Assembly: GCA_965214405.1 (NCBI GenBank)
Contig: OZ243956.1
Span: 2,016,001 to 2,080,000, forward strand
Reading direction: 5' to 3'
Source: Trueperaceae bacterium
GTDB lineage: Bacteria; Deinococcota; Deinococci; Deinococcales; Trueperaceae
DNA length: 64,000 nt
The position numbers were made by a program, and so were the translations under genes. Positions within the stretch are counted from its first letter, which is position 1; the number at the start of each line of letters is the position of its first letter. Shown piece after piece: positions 36,249 to 46,025 of this stretch. Under the pieces are notes generated by a model. That model searched no databases and was not told the origin of the DNA. It saw only the letters and a program-made list of their open reading frames with translations.

Positions 36249-36901
36249 TTCGCGCCCGTATAATTCGTGTTTGCTTGATTGACGACCAGACGCTGGTGCG
36301 GCAGGGCGTCAAGAGTTTGTTGGGGCTCGCCGAGGGAATAGAGGTCGTCGCGGAAGCGTCGGACGGGGCGGAGGGTCTAGCAGTCATCGCCCGAACAGAA
36401 CCCGACGTGGTGCTTTTAGATTTGCGGATGCCCAAACTTGACGGCCTGGGTGTGTTGAAGGCCTTGCGAGACGCCGAGCACGCCCCGCCCACGCTGATTC
36501 TGACCACCTTTGATGATGACGCCCTCCTTTTAGAAGCCCTCAAACTCGGCGCCAGGGGTTATCTTCTCAAAGACGTGTCTCTAGAGCAACTCGTCAACGC
36601 CGTTCACACGCTGCACGAAGGCAAAACGCTCATCCAGCCCGCGGTGACCGAGCGCATTTTGCGCAGCCTCGGCAACCTCAAAACAGATTACTCGGGTCTC
36701 GACGCGCCCGACCCCCTGACCGTGCGCGAGCGGGAGGTGCTGCGGCTCATGGCGGGGGGCTACACGAACCGCACCATCGCCGAGGCGCTGGGCGTGTCCG
36801 AAGGCACGGTAAAAAATCACGTGTCCGCGGTGCTGTCCAAGTTCGGCGTCACCGACCGCACGCGGGCGGTGTTGAAGGGGCTCGAGCAGGGCCTGGTTTA
36901 A
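36245..36901 (+). CDS. NarL/LuxR family response regulator
   Basis: ATGA overlap with the kinase; IDDQ, LLDLRMP, LTVREREVL, TVKNHVS. Confidence 0.92.
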   Translation: MIRARIIRVCLIDDQTLVRQGVKSLLGLAEGIEVVAEASDGAEGLAVIARTEPDVVLLDLRMPKLDGLGVLKALRDAEHAPPTLILTTFDDDALLLEALKLGARGYLLKDVSLEQLVNAVHTLHEGKTLIQPAVTERILRSLGNLKTDYSGLDAPDPLTVREREVLRLMAGGYTNRTIAEALGVSEGTVKNHVSAVLSKFGVTDRTRAVLKGLEQGLV

Positions 36902-36967
36902 CTCCTTACATAGCAGCGCTGTTCGCGTCAGGCATAATTCCATGAACGCGCTACAATAGCTTCACCT

Positions 36968-37630
36968 ATGAGAACACCTCAAATAACCCTCCACGCCCTC
37001 CACATCGGTCGCCCCGAAACCCTTTCTGACGAAAGCGGCACCTGGCGTTCATCCATTTTCCGGGAGCGGGTAGACGGCCCCATCGCCCTGGGTGAGCGCG
37101 GTTTGGCGGGCGACAAGGTGGCCGACACCCGCAACCACGGCTCACCCGACCAGGCGGTCTGCGCGCACTCGCTGGCGCATTACGACTACTGGAACGAGCT
37201 TTACGGCCTTACGGGAGACGCAGCGCTGGGACCGGGCGGCGTCGGTGAAAACTGGACGGTTGACGGGGCGCTCGAGGCCGATCTCTGCATCGGCGACATT
37301 TTCAAAGTAGGCAGCGCGCGGGTCCAGGTGAGCGGGCCGCGCTTTCCTTGTACGAAGCAAAACCGCAAGCTGGGGTTGTCCGACCTCCAAGCGCGCACAG
37401 CGGAAACGCTGCGAACGGGCTTCTATCTGCGCGTGCTCTCACCGGGCGTGGTCGAGGCGGGAGACAGGTGGACTTTGGAGAGCCGCCCGCAGCCTGAACT
37501 GACCCTTTACGACGCCAACGCCTACGTGCATCACACGATTAACCCTGAGTTTGCAGCGCGCCTCTTGAACGCGCCTGAACTCGCGGAGGGGTGGAAGCAC
37601 ATCATCAGGCTCAAACTGAAGAAGCGGTAG
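36968..37630 (+). CDS. MOSC domain protein (YiiM-like)
   Basis: GLAGD..AD..HG, GENW, VSGPRFPC, TGFYLRVL. Confidence 0.88.
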   Translation: MRTPQITLHALHIGRPETLSDESGTWRSSIFRERVDGPIALGERGLAGDKVADTRNHGSPDQAVCAHSLAHYDYWNELYGLTGDAALGPGGVGENWTVDGALEADLCIGDIFKVGSARVQVSGPRFPCTKQNRKLGLSDLQARTAETLRTGFYLRVLSPGVVEAGDRWTLESRPQPELTLYDANAYVHHTINPEFAARLLNAPELAEGWKHIIRLKLKKR

Positions 37631-37782
37631 GGAGCGAGAACCAACAAGTGAGAGTGCAGCGGTGACGGCGTCTGCTTATAAGGGCGTTTACCTCGAGCCC
37701 AAATCACAAACAAATTGTGGGGTGCGCCGACGCCGGGCGGCGCGTCCTCGCCTTAAAGTATTCATGAAACGATTGGGGGAAA

Positions 37783-38352
37783 ATGAACCTTATAGTTGGA
37801 ATTTTTACCTTACTTTTAACCCTCGGCACCCTGGCGTTCGCCCAAGACACGGGCGGCGCGTCGCCCTCGGCGGTGGCAAACAAGGTGGCGACCGCGCAAC
37901 TCATCGGTAGGGACGGCAACGTGATTGGCGACGTGAACTTTACCGAACCCGCTGAAGGTGAGAACCGCTTTGTAACCGTTCAGGTGGGGATTGAGCAAGC
38001 AACGGGCCTCGAGCCCGGCGAGTACGGCTTTCACATCCACGAGACGGGCCGCTGCGACGCGCCCGAGTTCGAAACCGCGGGGGGCCACTTCAACCCGACC
38101 GGGGCTTCTCATGGTCTGTTCAACCTCGAGGGACCTCACGCGGGCGACCTCATCAACCTCAACGTCGGCGAGGACGGTGCCGTAACTTACGTCGTGAGCA
38201 CCGAGCGCATCACCCTGACCGAAGGTGAACGCGCCATCCTCGACAGTGACGGCAGCGCGGTTATCATTCACGCCCAGGCCGACAACTACCTGACCGATCC
38301 GGGGGGCAGCAGCGGCGACCGCATCGCGTGCGGGGTGATCGAGCAGGAGTAG
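37783..38352 (+). CDS. sodC: Exported Cu/Zn superoxide dismutase
   Basis: Signal peptide; GFHIHE, GGHFNP, HG, HAGDL, IIHA, RIACG. Confidence 0.9.
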   Translation: MNLIVGIFTLLLTLGTLAFAQDTGGASPSAVANKVATAQLIGRDGNVIGDVNFTEPAEGENRFVTVQVGIEQATGLEPGEYGFHIHETGRCDAPEFETAGGHFNPTGASHGLFNLEGPHAGDLINLNVGEDGAVTYVVSTERITLTEGERAILDSDGSAVIIHAQADNYLTDPGGSSGDRIACGVIEQE

Positions 38353-38484
38353 GGGGGGCTCGAGCGGGTGAGGAGCGGGTAAAGGCTGTCTTCTGCGCCC
38401 GCTCCTCATTTGCATATGAAGTGCCAGAAGCAGGAAGTACCGGGTGAGCCACTAGACCTTTTACTTCCGTTGTAAAATTAGGAG

Positions 38485-39111
38485 ATGTCGCTTAGAGAAA
38501 ATGTGGTTGAGGAGCTTAGGCGAAGTCCACTTACGCTGACTTTAACAGTGATTGGTCTCGTGATTGCTGCGCTTGCTTCGATCCCTGCTTGGCTTCCATA
38601 CATAAGTCAAGCGTCGGCTCCAACAACAAGCTCAAGTGTTACAGCAACCCCCGATTCTCTTAATTTAAGAAATTTGTCTATTTTGATATCTTTCTTCCTT
38701 GCCTCAACTTTTTCTGCTGCGTCGTTGATTCGGCTAACCGCTCATCTTCATAGCTTTGCTGCCTTTGTCCTATCAATTCCTGCCGCTGTTCTCACAAGCT
38801 TCTTTTCACTTGTTATTCTTAATTCAGTTCCACTAAAAGCGATGAATGAGACGGAGTATGCAGCAGCCATAGATTCTGTACTCTATGGTACTGTTGCTAT
38901 CTTTGTCGCCGTAAATGGTCTTTCTGTCTTGAGGGGCTTGTTTTTAGATTCTTCTCCCAGTACCTCTAAAATGAATGAATCTAGTAGCTCGACAAATTCG
39001 GGAACCGAAGGCGTAGCTTTTTTGCTTCTTTCCCTTCTTTTACTCGTTATTTGGAGTAACTTAGTTTCAACTGGGCTTTCGAAGCTTGTCACGGCATTTC
39101 TCACTTCGTAG
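38485..39111 (+). CDS. Hypothetical low-GC multi-pass membrane protein
   Basis: 208-aa ORF with about 5 hydrophobic segments, AT-rich codon usage, TAAAAT 6 nt upstream. Confidence 0.6.
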   Translation: MSLRENVVEELRRSPLTLTLTVIGLVIAALASIPAWLPYISQASAPTTSSSVTATPDSLNLRNLSILISFFLASTFSAASLIRLTAHLHSFAAFVLSIPAAVLTSFFSLVILNSVPLKAMNETEYAAAIDSVLYGTVAIFVAVNGLSVLRGLFLDSSPSTSKMNESSSSTNSGTEGVAFLLLSLLLLVIWSNLVSTGLSKLVTAFLTS

Positions 39112-39159
39112 ATTCAATGCTGAACGCAAGGGACAGATTTGGGTTTCTTTACAAGGGTT

Positions 39160-39320
39160 AGCTCGAGCCTATGCTGACGACGAAAGTTACGACCTAAGCA
39201 ACATCAAAGTCCTTAATCTTGCTTGTGACCGAGGGTGATATCGCTTTGGTTCCGTTGCCAGAAGCTGATGATCAGCTAAAAGTTCGCCCCAGTCTAGTTT
39301 TACGGTTTATTACGTTGAGT
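39160..39320 (+). pseudogene. Decayed type II toxin-antitoxin pair (PemK/MazF-like toxin fragment)
   Basis: GTG 39225 gives MTEGDIALVPLPEADDQLKVRP before similarity breaks down; upstream AYADDESYDLSNIK resembles an antitoxin tail. Confidence 0.5.
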
Positions 39321-39426
39321 ATACGGTACGCTCCAGCCATTATTTTCAAAGCCTTATCCGAGACCGACCACGCCAAGGTATTATGACAAGGTATTTTGCA
39401 GTCCCCTCGGTCTCGAGAGATGGAGA

Positions 39427-40098
39427 ATGATGAAGAAAACCTACCGCATCAGCATCTGGTCAGTCGTCGTCCTGGCGTTGTTAGTAGGCGGACTCTCCCT
39501 TTTCGCGCTCTACTCCTGGAGCCGCGTAGCGCAGATCAACGAGGCGAGCACGGAGATCGAGCGCAACTGGCTGCCCAGCACGCAACTCCTCGGGCAAATG
39601 GAGGCGGACATGCTCTCCTACCGAGTGGCCGCCATGCAGCACGTGCTCTCCTTGAGAGACGAAGATATGCGGCGCTACGAAGAAGAGATGGCCTCGGCGC
39701 TCGCTTCGCTAAACGAGGCGCAACGGCGTTACGAACCGCTCATCGTTTCTGAAGAGGAACGGAACTTGTACGGGGCCTTTGGAAGCGCCTGGGCGTCGCA
39801 TCTCGAGGAGAGTCGGGCCGCCCTCGAGCTGTCGAGAGAAAACCGAAATGAGGAGGCTATCACGGTGCTCCGGCAGAGGTCGCAGCCGCTGTTCGATGAG
39901 GCAAGGGGGCAGTTGGGAGACCTCACCACGCTGAACGTCGAGACGGCCACGTCAATCTCGCGTGAGGGAGACGACATCCTTGGGGAGTTCCAGCTTGCCC
40001 TCGTTATCGCATTAGTTTTGGGCGGGGTTCTTCTCTTGCTCGTTTTCGCCGACCTGTTCAGTGACGCCCGAAAGTCAGGCGCGGGTCGTCTGCCCTGA
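39427..40098 (+). CDS. Stand-alone four-helix-bundle (MCP-type) sensor domain protein
   Basis: TM - EIERNWLPS...EEERNLY...SRENRNEEA - TM; only about 15 cytoplasmic residues follow. Confidence 0.75.
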   Translation: MMKKTYRISIWSVVVLALLVGGLSLFALYSWSRVAQINEASTEIERNWLPSTQLLGQMEADMLSYRVAAMQHVLSLRDEDMRRYEEEMASALASLNEAQRRYEPLIVSEEERNLYGAFGSAWASHLEESRAALELSRENRNEEAITVLRQRSQPLFDEARGQLGDLTTLNVETATSISREGDDILGEFQLALVIALVLGGVLLLLVFADLFSDARKSGAGRLP

Positions 40099-40205
40099 GC
40101 GAGCCCCCGCCCCACCATGCTAAAATTCCTTTACTGTCACGGCTTTAATTGTACAAAGTCGCTAATTTTTCACCGGCCCACGTCAGTGGTTTTTTAGGAA
40201 CTAAT

Positions 40206-41543
40206 ATGAGAGCGCACGTCTTAACTTACGGCTGTCAGATGAACGAATACGACACCCACACGATCCAGTCTGAACTCGCGTCGGGCGGGCACCAGATTGT
40301 CGACTCGCCCGCCGACGCCAACTTGATTCTGCTCAACACCTGCGCGGTGCGCGGTAAACCTGTGGAAAAGGTCGTCACGCTGTTGGGCGAACTCCGCAAG
40401 GAGAAACGGGCGGGGCGCGAGCTCACGGTGGGGCTGATGGGCTGTTTGGCGCAGCTCGAGGAGGGCCAGGACATCGCCAAAAAGTTTGAGGTCGATATCC
40501 TCATTGGCCCCGGCGCAATCACCGACATCCTGCCCGCCGTCGAGGCGGTGGCGCGGGAGGGGGAGGCGTTTGAGAGTTTGGCGTTCAAAGACGACTTGGC
40601 AGACTATATCACCCCGGCCCCGGACGCGCTCACGGGCTTTTTGACCATCATGCGGGGCTGCAACCACCACTGCACCTACTGCATCGTGCCGCAGACGCGC
40701 GGGCCGGAGGTCTCGAGGCCGCCCAAAGCCATTATGGAAGAAGCCCACGCAATGAGGGCGCGGGGCGTCCAGGAAATTTATCTGCTGGGGCAAAACGTCA
40801 ACTCTTACGGCCTCAACATGCCAGGTCTGCCGTCTTTTGCCGAACTCTTGCGTATGGTCGCGGCGACGGGCATCCCCAGGGTGAAATTCACCACCTCGCA
40901 TCCGATGAACTTTACGTCCGACATTGTTGACGCGATTGCTGAGACTGAAAATATCTGCTCGTACGTTCACCTGCCCGTGCAGTCGGGCTCGGACCGGGTG
41001 CTTAGGCGGATGGCTCGAGAATACAAGCGCGAGCGCTACTTAGACATCGTCCGCGAAATTCGGGCGAAAATTCCCGACGTGGTCTTGTCAACCGACATCA
41101 TCGTGGGTTTTCCCGGCGAGACCGAAGAAGACTTCGAGGCGACACTGGCGCTTTACGAGGAAGTCCGTTACGACCAGGCTTACATGTTTATGTACTCCGC
41201 GCGCCCCGGCACGCCGTCATACAAGCATTTTGACGATTTGCCTCGAGAGATCAAGAGCGAACGCATGGGGCGGCTTATCGAGCGTCAAAAGCATTGGGCT
41301 TATACCCAGAATCAGCGCTGGGTGGGGCGCGAGCTGCGCGTGCTCATCAAAGAGATTGCCTCGCACGATGGCGACTTTGTGGTGGGTCACTCCGACCAAA
41401 ACCACACCGTGTTGGTGCCCAAGGTGCAAATAGACGGGATGGGACTCTATACAGTGCGGATTGACACGGCCACGCCGCACACGCTCTACGGTACGGCGGC
41501 AGGTTGTAAAACCGAAACTGTTCCGCTGATGATGGCTTTGTAA
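40206..41543 (+). CDS. miaB: tRNA methylthiotransferase MiaB
   Basis: [21 protein letters not shown] radical SAM motif, [12 protein letters not shown]-terminal TRAM domain. Confidence 0.95.
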   Translation: MRAHVLTYGCQMNEYDTHTIQSELASGGHQIVDSPADANLILLNTCAVRGKPVEKVVTLLGELRKEKRAGRELTVGLMGCLAQLEEGQDIAKKFEVDILIGPGAITDILPAVEAVAREGEAFESLAFKDDLADYITPAPDALTGFLTIMRGCNHHCTYCIVPQTRGPEVSRPPKAIMEEAHAMRARGVQEIYLLGQNVNSYGLNMPGLPSFAELLRMVAATGIPRVKFTTSHPMNFTSDIVDAIAETENICSYVHLPVQSGSDRVLRRMAREYKRERYLDIVREIRAKIPDVVLSTDIIVGFPGETEEDFEATLALYEEVRYDQAYMFMYSARPGTPSYKHFDDLPREIKSERMGRLIERQKHWAYTQNQRWVGRELRVLIKEIASHDGDFVVGHSDQNHTVLVPKVQIDGMGLYTVRIDTATPHTLYGTAAGCKTETVPLMMAL

Positions 41544-41552
41544 GACAACCTC

Positions 41553-41954
41553 GTGAATGGCGAACGAAACGAAATGGTGAGCAGCGCGAACATCGTGCGG
41601 ACGTTTTGGCAGGTCATGCAAACCAACGACTTTGAAGCCGCGAGCGCCCTCTTAGCCGAAAACTATGAACTCCACTGGCCTCAGTCGTCCGAGCGGATTT
41701 TGGGGCGGGCCAATTTCGTCGCCGTTAACAAGCACTATCCGGCTAACGGCCCCTGGCGGTTCACGGTTGACAGACTCCTCGCCGACGGCGACGAGGTTGT
41801 TACGGATGTTAGCGTGACGGACGGGGTGGTGGAGGCCAGAGCTGTCACCTTCTCGACGGTCAAGGACGGGCTGATTGTGCGGCAGCTCGAGTATTGGCCC
41901 GACGCGTTCGAGCCACCCGCGTGGAGACGTGAATGGGTTGAGCAGGATGGCTAA
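41553..41954 (+). CDS. SnoaL/NTF2-like protein
   Basis: WPQSSERI.GR.NF, EYWPD..PPAWR. Start may be ATG 41574. Confidence 0.82.
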   Translation: MNGERNEMVSSANIVRTFWQVMQTNDFEAASALLAENYELHWPQSSERILGRANFVAVNKHYPANGPWRFTVDRLLADGDEVVTDVSVTDGVVEARAVTFSTVKDGLIVRQLEYWPDAFEPPAWRREWVEQDG

Positions 41955-42318
41955 TGAAGGACTCTTGAGCGTCTCACTCACACTCGCCAAGCAATTTCTA
42001 GGGTGCGAAGTTGAGGTCGTGATGGACCGGCCTTTGGGCTCGAAGCATCCCAGATGGGATTTCATTTATGAAGTCAACTACGGCTACGTTCCGGGCACCC
42101 TTGCACCCGACGGGGAGGCACTTGACGCTTACTTTCTAGGCGCGGATGAGCCGGTAGTGCGGGCCAGAGGAGTCTGCATCGCCATCATCCACAGGCGCAA
42201 CGACGATGACGACAAACTTGTCGTTGTGCCCGCGGGCGTGACGCTCTCGGACGAAGAGATTCGGCAACAGGTGAGTTTTCAGGAACACTATTTCGATGCG
42301 GTACTCCTGCGGAAATGA
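41947..42318 (+). CDS. Inorganic pyrophosphatase-like protein (short form)
   Basis: DRPLGSKHP, VNYGYVPGT..PDGEALDAY, DDDKLVV. Confidence 0.82.
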   Translation: MANEGLLSVSLTLAKQFLGCEVEVVMDRPLGSKHPRWDFIYEVNYGYVPGTLAPDGEALDAYFLGADEPVVRARGVCIAIIHRRNDDDDKLVVVPAGVTLSDEEIRQQVSFQEHYFDAVLLRK

Positions 42319-42755
42319 GCGGGACGACTCGAGACTTCACCGCCACCACCTTCGTCGTGTGGCAAAACCGGGTGCTGCTGCACAAGCACAAAAAGCTCGG
42401 GCATTGGTTTCCCCCCGGCGGTCACATCGACCCGCACGAACTCCCCGACGACGCGGCGGTGCGCGAGGTGTTGGAGGAGTCGGGCGTGCGGGTTGAACTT
42501 ATAGGTGAGCGGGCGCTGCCGATTGAGGAGCCGCGTCAGCTTGTCCGGCCACGGGGCGTGCAGCTCGAGACCATCTCGCCCGGTCACGAGCACATTGACT
42601 TCATTTATTTTGCGAGACCTCTACCGGGTTATGCGGGGTATTTGCTCGAGACCGACCCCTCGCTCGGCTGGTACGACCGGAAGGCGCTAGGAGAGTTGGG
42701 GCTCACTGAGGAGATTAAACACTGGGTCGCGCTGGCGCTAAAAGAACTCGCCTGA
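42315..42755 (+). CDS. NUDIX hydrolase
   Basis: [25 protein letters not shown]udix box. Confidence 0.88.
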   Translation: MSGTTRDFTATTFVVWQNRVLLHKHKKLGHWFPPGGHIDPHELPDDAAVREVLEESGVRVELIGERALPIEEPRQLVRPRGVQLETISPGHEHIDFIYFARPLPGYAGYLLETDPSLGWYDRKALGELGLTEEIKHWVALALKELA

Positions 42756-42829
42756 GCTCGACTGAATCAAAAGCCCTTGCGCCTTGGGGGCCGCTTCTGT
42801 ATACTTCATAACGCTGCTGTAAGCGGCCA

Positions 42830-42906
<77 letters not shown>

Positions 42907-42910
42907 AAAG

Positions 42911-42954
42911 GTTATTGGTATCATCAATAATTTATTATTGATGATACCAATAAC
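42911..42954. repeat. Perfect 21-bp inverted repeat in the tRNA spacer
   Basis: GTTATTGGTATCATCAATAAT-TT-ATTATTGATGATACCAATAAC. Confidence 0.85.
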
Positions 42955-42958
42955 TCCT

Positions 42959-43036
<78 letters not shown>

Positions 43037-43211
43037 AGAGGTATCATCTATGGTAGTCACCAAAGGTATCATCTATGGTGCAAGCCGTAGATGATACTCT
43101 GCAAATCATTCCTTCAGCGCATCATGCAGAAGAGGTTTAGCGCAGGGCTTACTCAGCAAGCTAGATGCAGGGGTAGCGTAATAGCGTTTGTTGATGGATG
43201 ATACCCACCTT

Positions 43212-43288
43212 GCACCAGTAGCTCAGCCGGATAGAGCAGTCGCCTTCTAAGCGATAGGTCGAGGGTTCGAGTCCTTCCTGGTGCGCCA
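43212..43288 (+). tRNA. tRNA-Arg(TCT), integration target (contains the left att core)
   Basis: GCACCAG acceptor stem, loop CT-TCT-AA, GCCA end; its 3' 46 bp are repeated at 60983. Confidence 0.96.
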
Positions 43289-43384
43289 CTACAAAAGCCG
43301 TCTAGGACGGGAAAAAGAAGCGCGACCAGGTTAGTAGAGGTTGCGCTTCTTGCTATTTGCACCTTGTTTTGCACCTACAGGATT

Positions 43385-44548
43385 TTAATTTACCTCTCTC
43401 GGCGCGAGAAGCTGTGAAAGCGGAATCGCGGCGGCGCGGCGGCGGTCATCCAAAACGTGTGCGTAGCGCTTGAGGGTGAAGCTCGGGTCGGTATGCCCCA
43501 CCCGGTCGGCAATGGCGCGCAGTTCTACCCCCGCTTTATGTAAGAGCGATACGTGCATGTGTCGGAGGTCATGAAAGCGGATGCGGCGTACCTGTGCCGC
43601 ATCCTGTAGCGCGTACCAAGTGCGGTCAAAGTTGCGAGGGTGAATAGGGCCGCCCCCCTCGGTTGTAAAGATGAGGTCGTCATACTCAGGTGAGGGTGCC
43701 CCCCATTCCCCTCCCGCCTTGCGTTTCTCTGCCTCTTGCAAAGCGCGGCGCGTCTCGAGCACCGCTAGCGTCTCGGCGTCCAACACAACGCGGCGCACAC
43801 CCCTTAGCGTCTTAGGGGTGCTGATGGCGTACATGCCCCTAAGATTTATCAGGGATTGCCGAACGTGCAGCGTGTCGCCCTCTACATCCTGCCAGCGCAA
43901 GCCCAAAACTTCACCATGCCTAAGTCCCGTTGTTAAGGCAAGATAAAAGGCGGCGAAAAGCCGGTGGGGGCGCGCGGTGTCGAGAAAACGCAGCGTTTCG
44001 GCGGCTTCCCAAGCCGGGTCTTTTTTTGTAGCCTGAACCTTGAACGGCGCAACGCTCTCCACCGGGTTGCGCGGCACAAGCCCATCGCGCACAGCCTGCT
44101 TCATGGCTCGCAAAAGCACGGCGCGGGTCTTGTTCGCGCAATCGGCGCTAACCTTTTCCTTGGCCGCTAGGAGGGTGCGGCGCACATCGGCGGTCGTGAG
44201 CTTGGCGAGTTTGACCCCGCCGATATGGGGGCGTAGGTACAGCTTGGCGTACTTTTCATAGTATTCATGCGTGCGCGGTTTGACCTCGTGCTGCTTATGC
44301 CCTAACCACAGCGTCAGATACTTCCCCACAGTTAGAGTTGTGTCCGCTAACGTCCCGGTCACAAGCTGCTGCTTCAGCTCCGCAACCTTCGCCAGCACCT
44401 CCGCTTGCGTTTTACCCGATACCCATCTAAAGCGCTGCTTACCATCTTCGGAGTAACCCACCGTGACCTTACCCCGCCAGGTGCCGTTAGCCTGCTCAAA
44501 TACAGAACCCTCACCTTTGCCGCGTCTCGTGTTACGTCGTCTTGCCAT
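43385..44548 (-). CDS. Tyrosine recombinase/integrase
   Basis: RGKGEGSV arm-binding N-terminus; GLRHGE (R), HDLRH, VGH, RY catalytic residues. Confidence 0.95.
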   Translation of the reverse strand: MARRRNTRRGKGEGSVFEQANGTWRGKVTVGYSEDGKQRFRWVSGKTQAEVLAKVAELKQQLVTGTLADTTLTVGKYLTLWLGHKQHEVKPRTHEYYEKYAKLYLRPHIGGVKLAKLTTADVRRTLLAAKEKVSADCANKTRAVLLRAMKQAVRDGLVPRNPVESVAPFKVQATKKDPAWEAAETLRFLDTARPHRLFAAFYLALTTGLRHGEVLGLRWQDVEGDTLHVRQSLINLRGMYAISTPKTLRGVRRVVLDAETLAVLETRRALQEAEKRKAGGEWGAPSPEYDDLIFTTEGGGPIHPRNFDRTWYALQDAAQVRRIRFHDLRHMHVSLLHKAGVELRAIADRVGHTDPSFTLKRYAHVLDDRRRAAAIPLSQLLAPREVN

Positions 44549-44550
44549 GC

Positions 44551-44832
44551 TTAGCCCTCCTCTTGATACTCGAGCAAATCAGCCACTTGCAAATCTTTAC
44601 CTGTACGCTTTCTTAGCGCCTCCAACACACTCATAAGCAGCGCCACATCCAACGTGTCCGGGAGTTCGTTGGACCACCTGTAAATGGTGTTACGTGACGC
44701 CTTACCCTCTGCGCTCTCCTCTATATCTCTGTGCAATCGGTAGGGCGTTACACCTTCACGCTCGAGTAGTTCGGGAAGTTTCCATCTGGCTCTATTTTTC
44801 ACGCTTTGTAGTGTAGTGCTTTGTAGTACCAT
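44551..44832 (-). CDS. XRE-like HTH regulator
   Basis: LPELLEREGVTPYRL...SRNTIYRW...VADLLEY; TATAAT 6 nt before the ATG. Confidence 0.78.
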   Translation of the reverse strand: MVLQSTTLQSVKNRARWKLPELLEREGVTPYRLHRDIEESAEGKASRNTIYRWSNELPDTLDVALLMSVLEALRKRTGKDLQVADLLEYQEEG

Positions 44833-44901
44833 GCGTCTATTATACTACAAAGCACAAGTTATTACAAGGCACTTGACACATTACAAAGCATTTGGTACTA
44901 T
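44802..44901. promoter_or_regulatory. Divergent promoter switch with repeated TACAAAGCA boxes
   Basis: TACAA(A/G)GCA at 44846, 44863, 44882; inverted copies at 44802 and 44817; TTGACA-17-TACTAT at 44873-44901. Confidence 0.7.
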
Positions 44902-44965
44902 ATAGGTACTAAAGGGTTAGGCCCTGAGAAAGCAACCCTTTAGGAATCCAGTTAAGGAGATTCAC

Positions 44966-45262
44966 ATGCAAGACTACCAGAAAGTTTTCGAGAACCAAAA
45001 CGGCTACATCAAACCCAGCGGCGGCTTCTTTTTCGCGTTCCTGAGTGAGCGTGAAGAGATGGACCTGTTCGACACCGTAGAAGAGGCTAAGAGCTACTTA
45101 GAGAAGGGCGCGGGTAACACGCCCGCCCTTCCCGCCTCCTGGGTGCTCATCCCTTCGGGCGCTGATGTCGAGGTCATGGCCGACCGTGAAGAGGAACTGC
45201 AAGCCCTCTTTACCGAGTTAGCAGACGAAGAACTCGAGCAAGAATGGAAGGTAGCGGCGTGA
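44966..45262 (+). CDS. Hypothetical acidic protein
   Basis: SD AAGGAG, downstream of a consensus promoter; 98 aa. Confidence 0.7.
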   Translation: MQDYQKVFENQNGYIKPSGGFFFAFLSEREEMDLFDTVEEAKSYLEKGAGNTPALPASWVLIPSGADVEVMADREEELQALFTELADEELEQEWKVAA

Positions 45263-45597
45263 TAGCCGCTCCTTCTCTCTCCCTCGAATTAGAGACGGCG
45301 GCGCACAACCTGAATGATGCCAAGGTGCATCACTTGGGTGCGGTGGTCGCCCACGCAGAAGCTAAGCGGGCCTTGGAGCTTGCACAGGCTCGGATGCTTT
45401 GCGACGGGGTAGAGGGTAAGAACACAGAGCAGCGTAACGCGGTGATGAGGCTCGAGCTTGACGAGCTACACAACGCTTTAGCCACGGCTGAGGACGCTTT
45501 AGCAGAGGCTAGGTGCTCCCTCGAGTGCGCCCAACTGGAATGGGATTTGGCGCGTTATATCGTGCGGACTTTAGAAGCTGTGGGAGGGATGACCTAA
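45259..45597 (+). CDS. Hypothetical coiled-coil protein
   Basis: GTGA overlap with the upstream gene; helical protein with an EGKNTEQR motif. Confidence 0.7.
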   Translation: MIAAPSLSLELETAAHNLNDAKVHHLGAVVAHAEAKRALELAQARMLCDGVEGKNTEQRNAVMRLELDELHNALATAEDALAEARCSLECAQLEWDLARYIVRTLEAVGGMT

Positions 45598-45833
45598 CGG
45601 CGGCCCTTTTTCCGCACTCATGTTGTCGCTGTGAGGGGGACTTTAGTCCCCCTTGATGATTTAAGCCCGGTGAGCCTTTTTCATCGTGAGCTACAAGTTA
45701 GCAACTTGACATAATGGTACATTATAGTCAAGTATAAGAAAGATGACAAATTTGCACACTTTGGAGATGCCAAAGTTGTGTAAACTTAGCATCTATTGTG
45801 ACGGTGATTAGCCGTTACTAGAAAGGTAATGAT

Positions 45834-46025
45834 ATGGCGACAAGTTTTGTAGGAAAGCCGCCGTTCAACGAAGTCAAAAGGGACGTAAGGAAGTCTCACG
45901 TGCCCGTGAAGTTTTCAAGCCAAGGTACACCATATGTAGACACTGCCGTGGCGGCAATCTCACCTAAGCAGCTTGAGCAGCTCGTACAGGAGCAGATGAA
46001 CCGCCGCGACAAAGATAAAGACTAG
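45834..46025 (+). CDS. Hypothetical small protein
   Basis: 63 aa, SD-like AAAGG, stop overlaps the next start. Confidence 0.5.
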   Translation: MATSFVGKPPFNEVKRDVRKSHVPVKFSSQGTPYVDTAVAAISPKQLEQLVQEQMNRRDKDKD

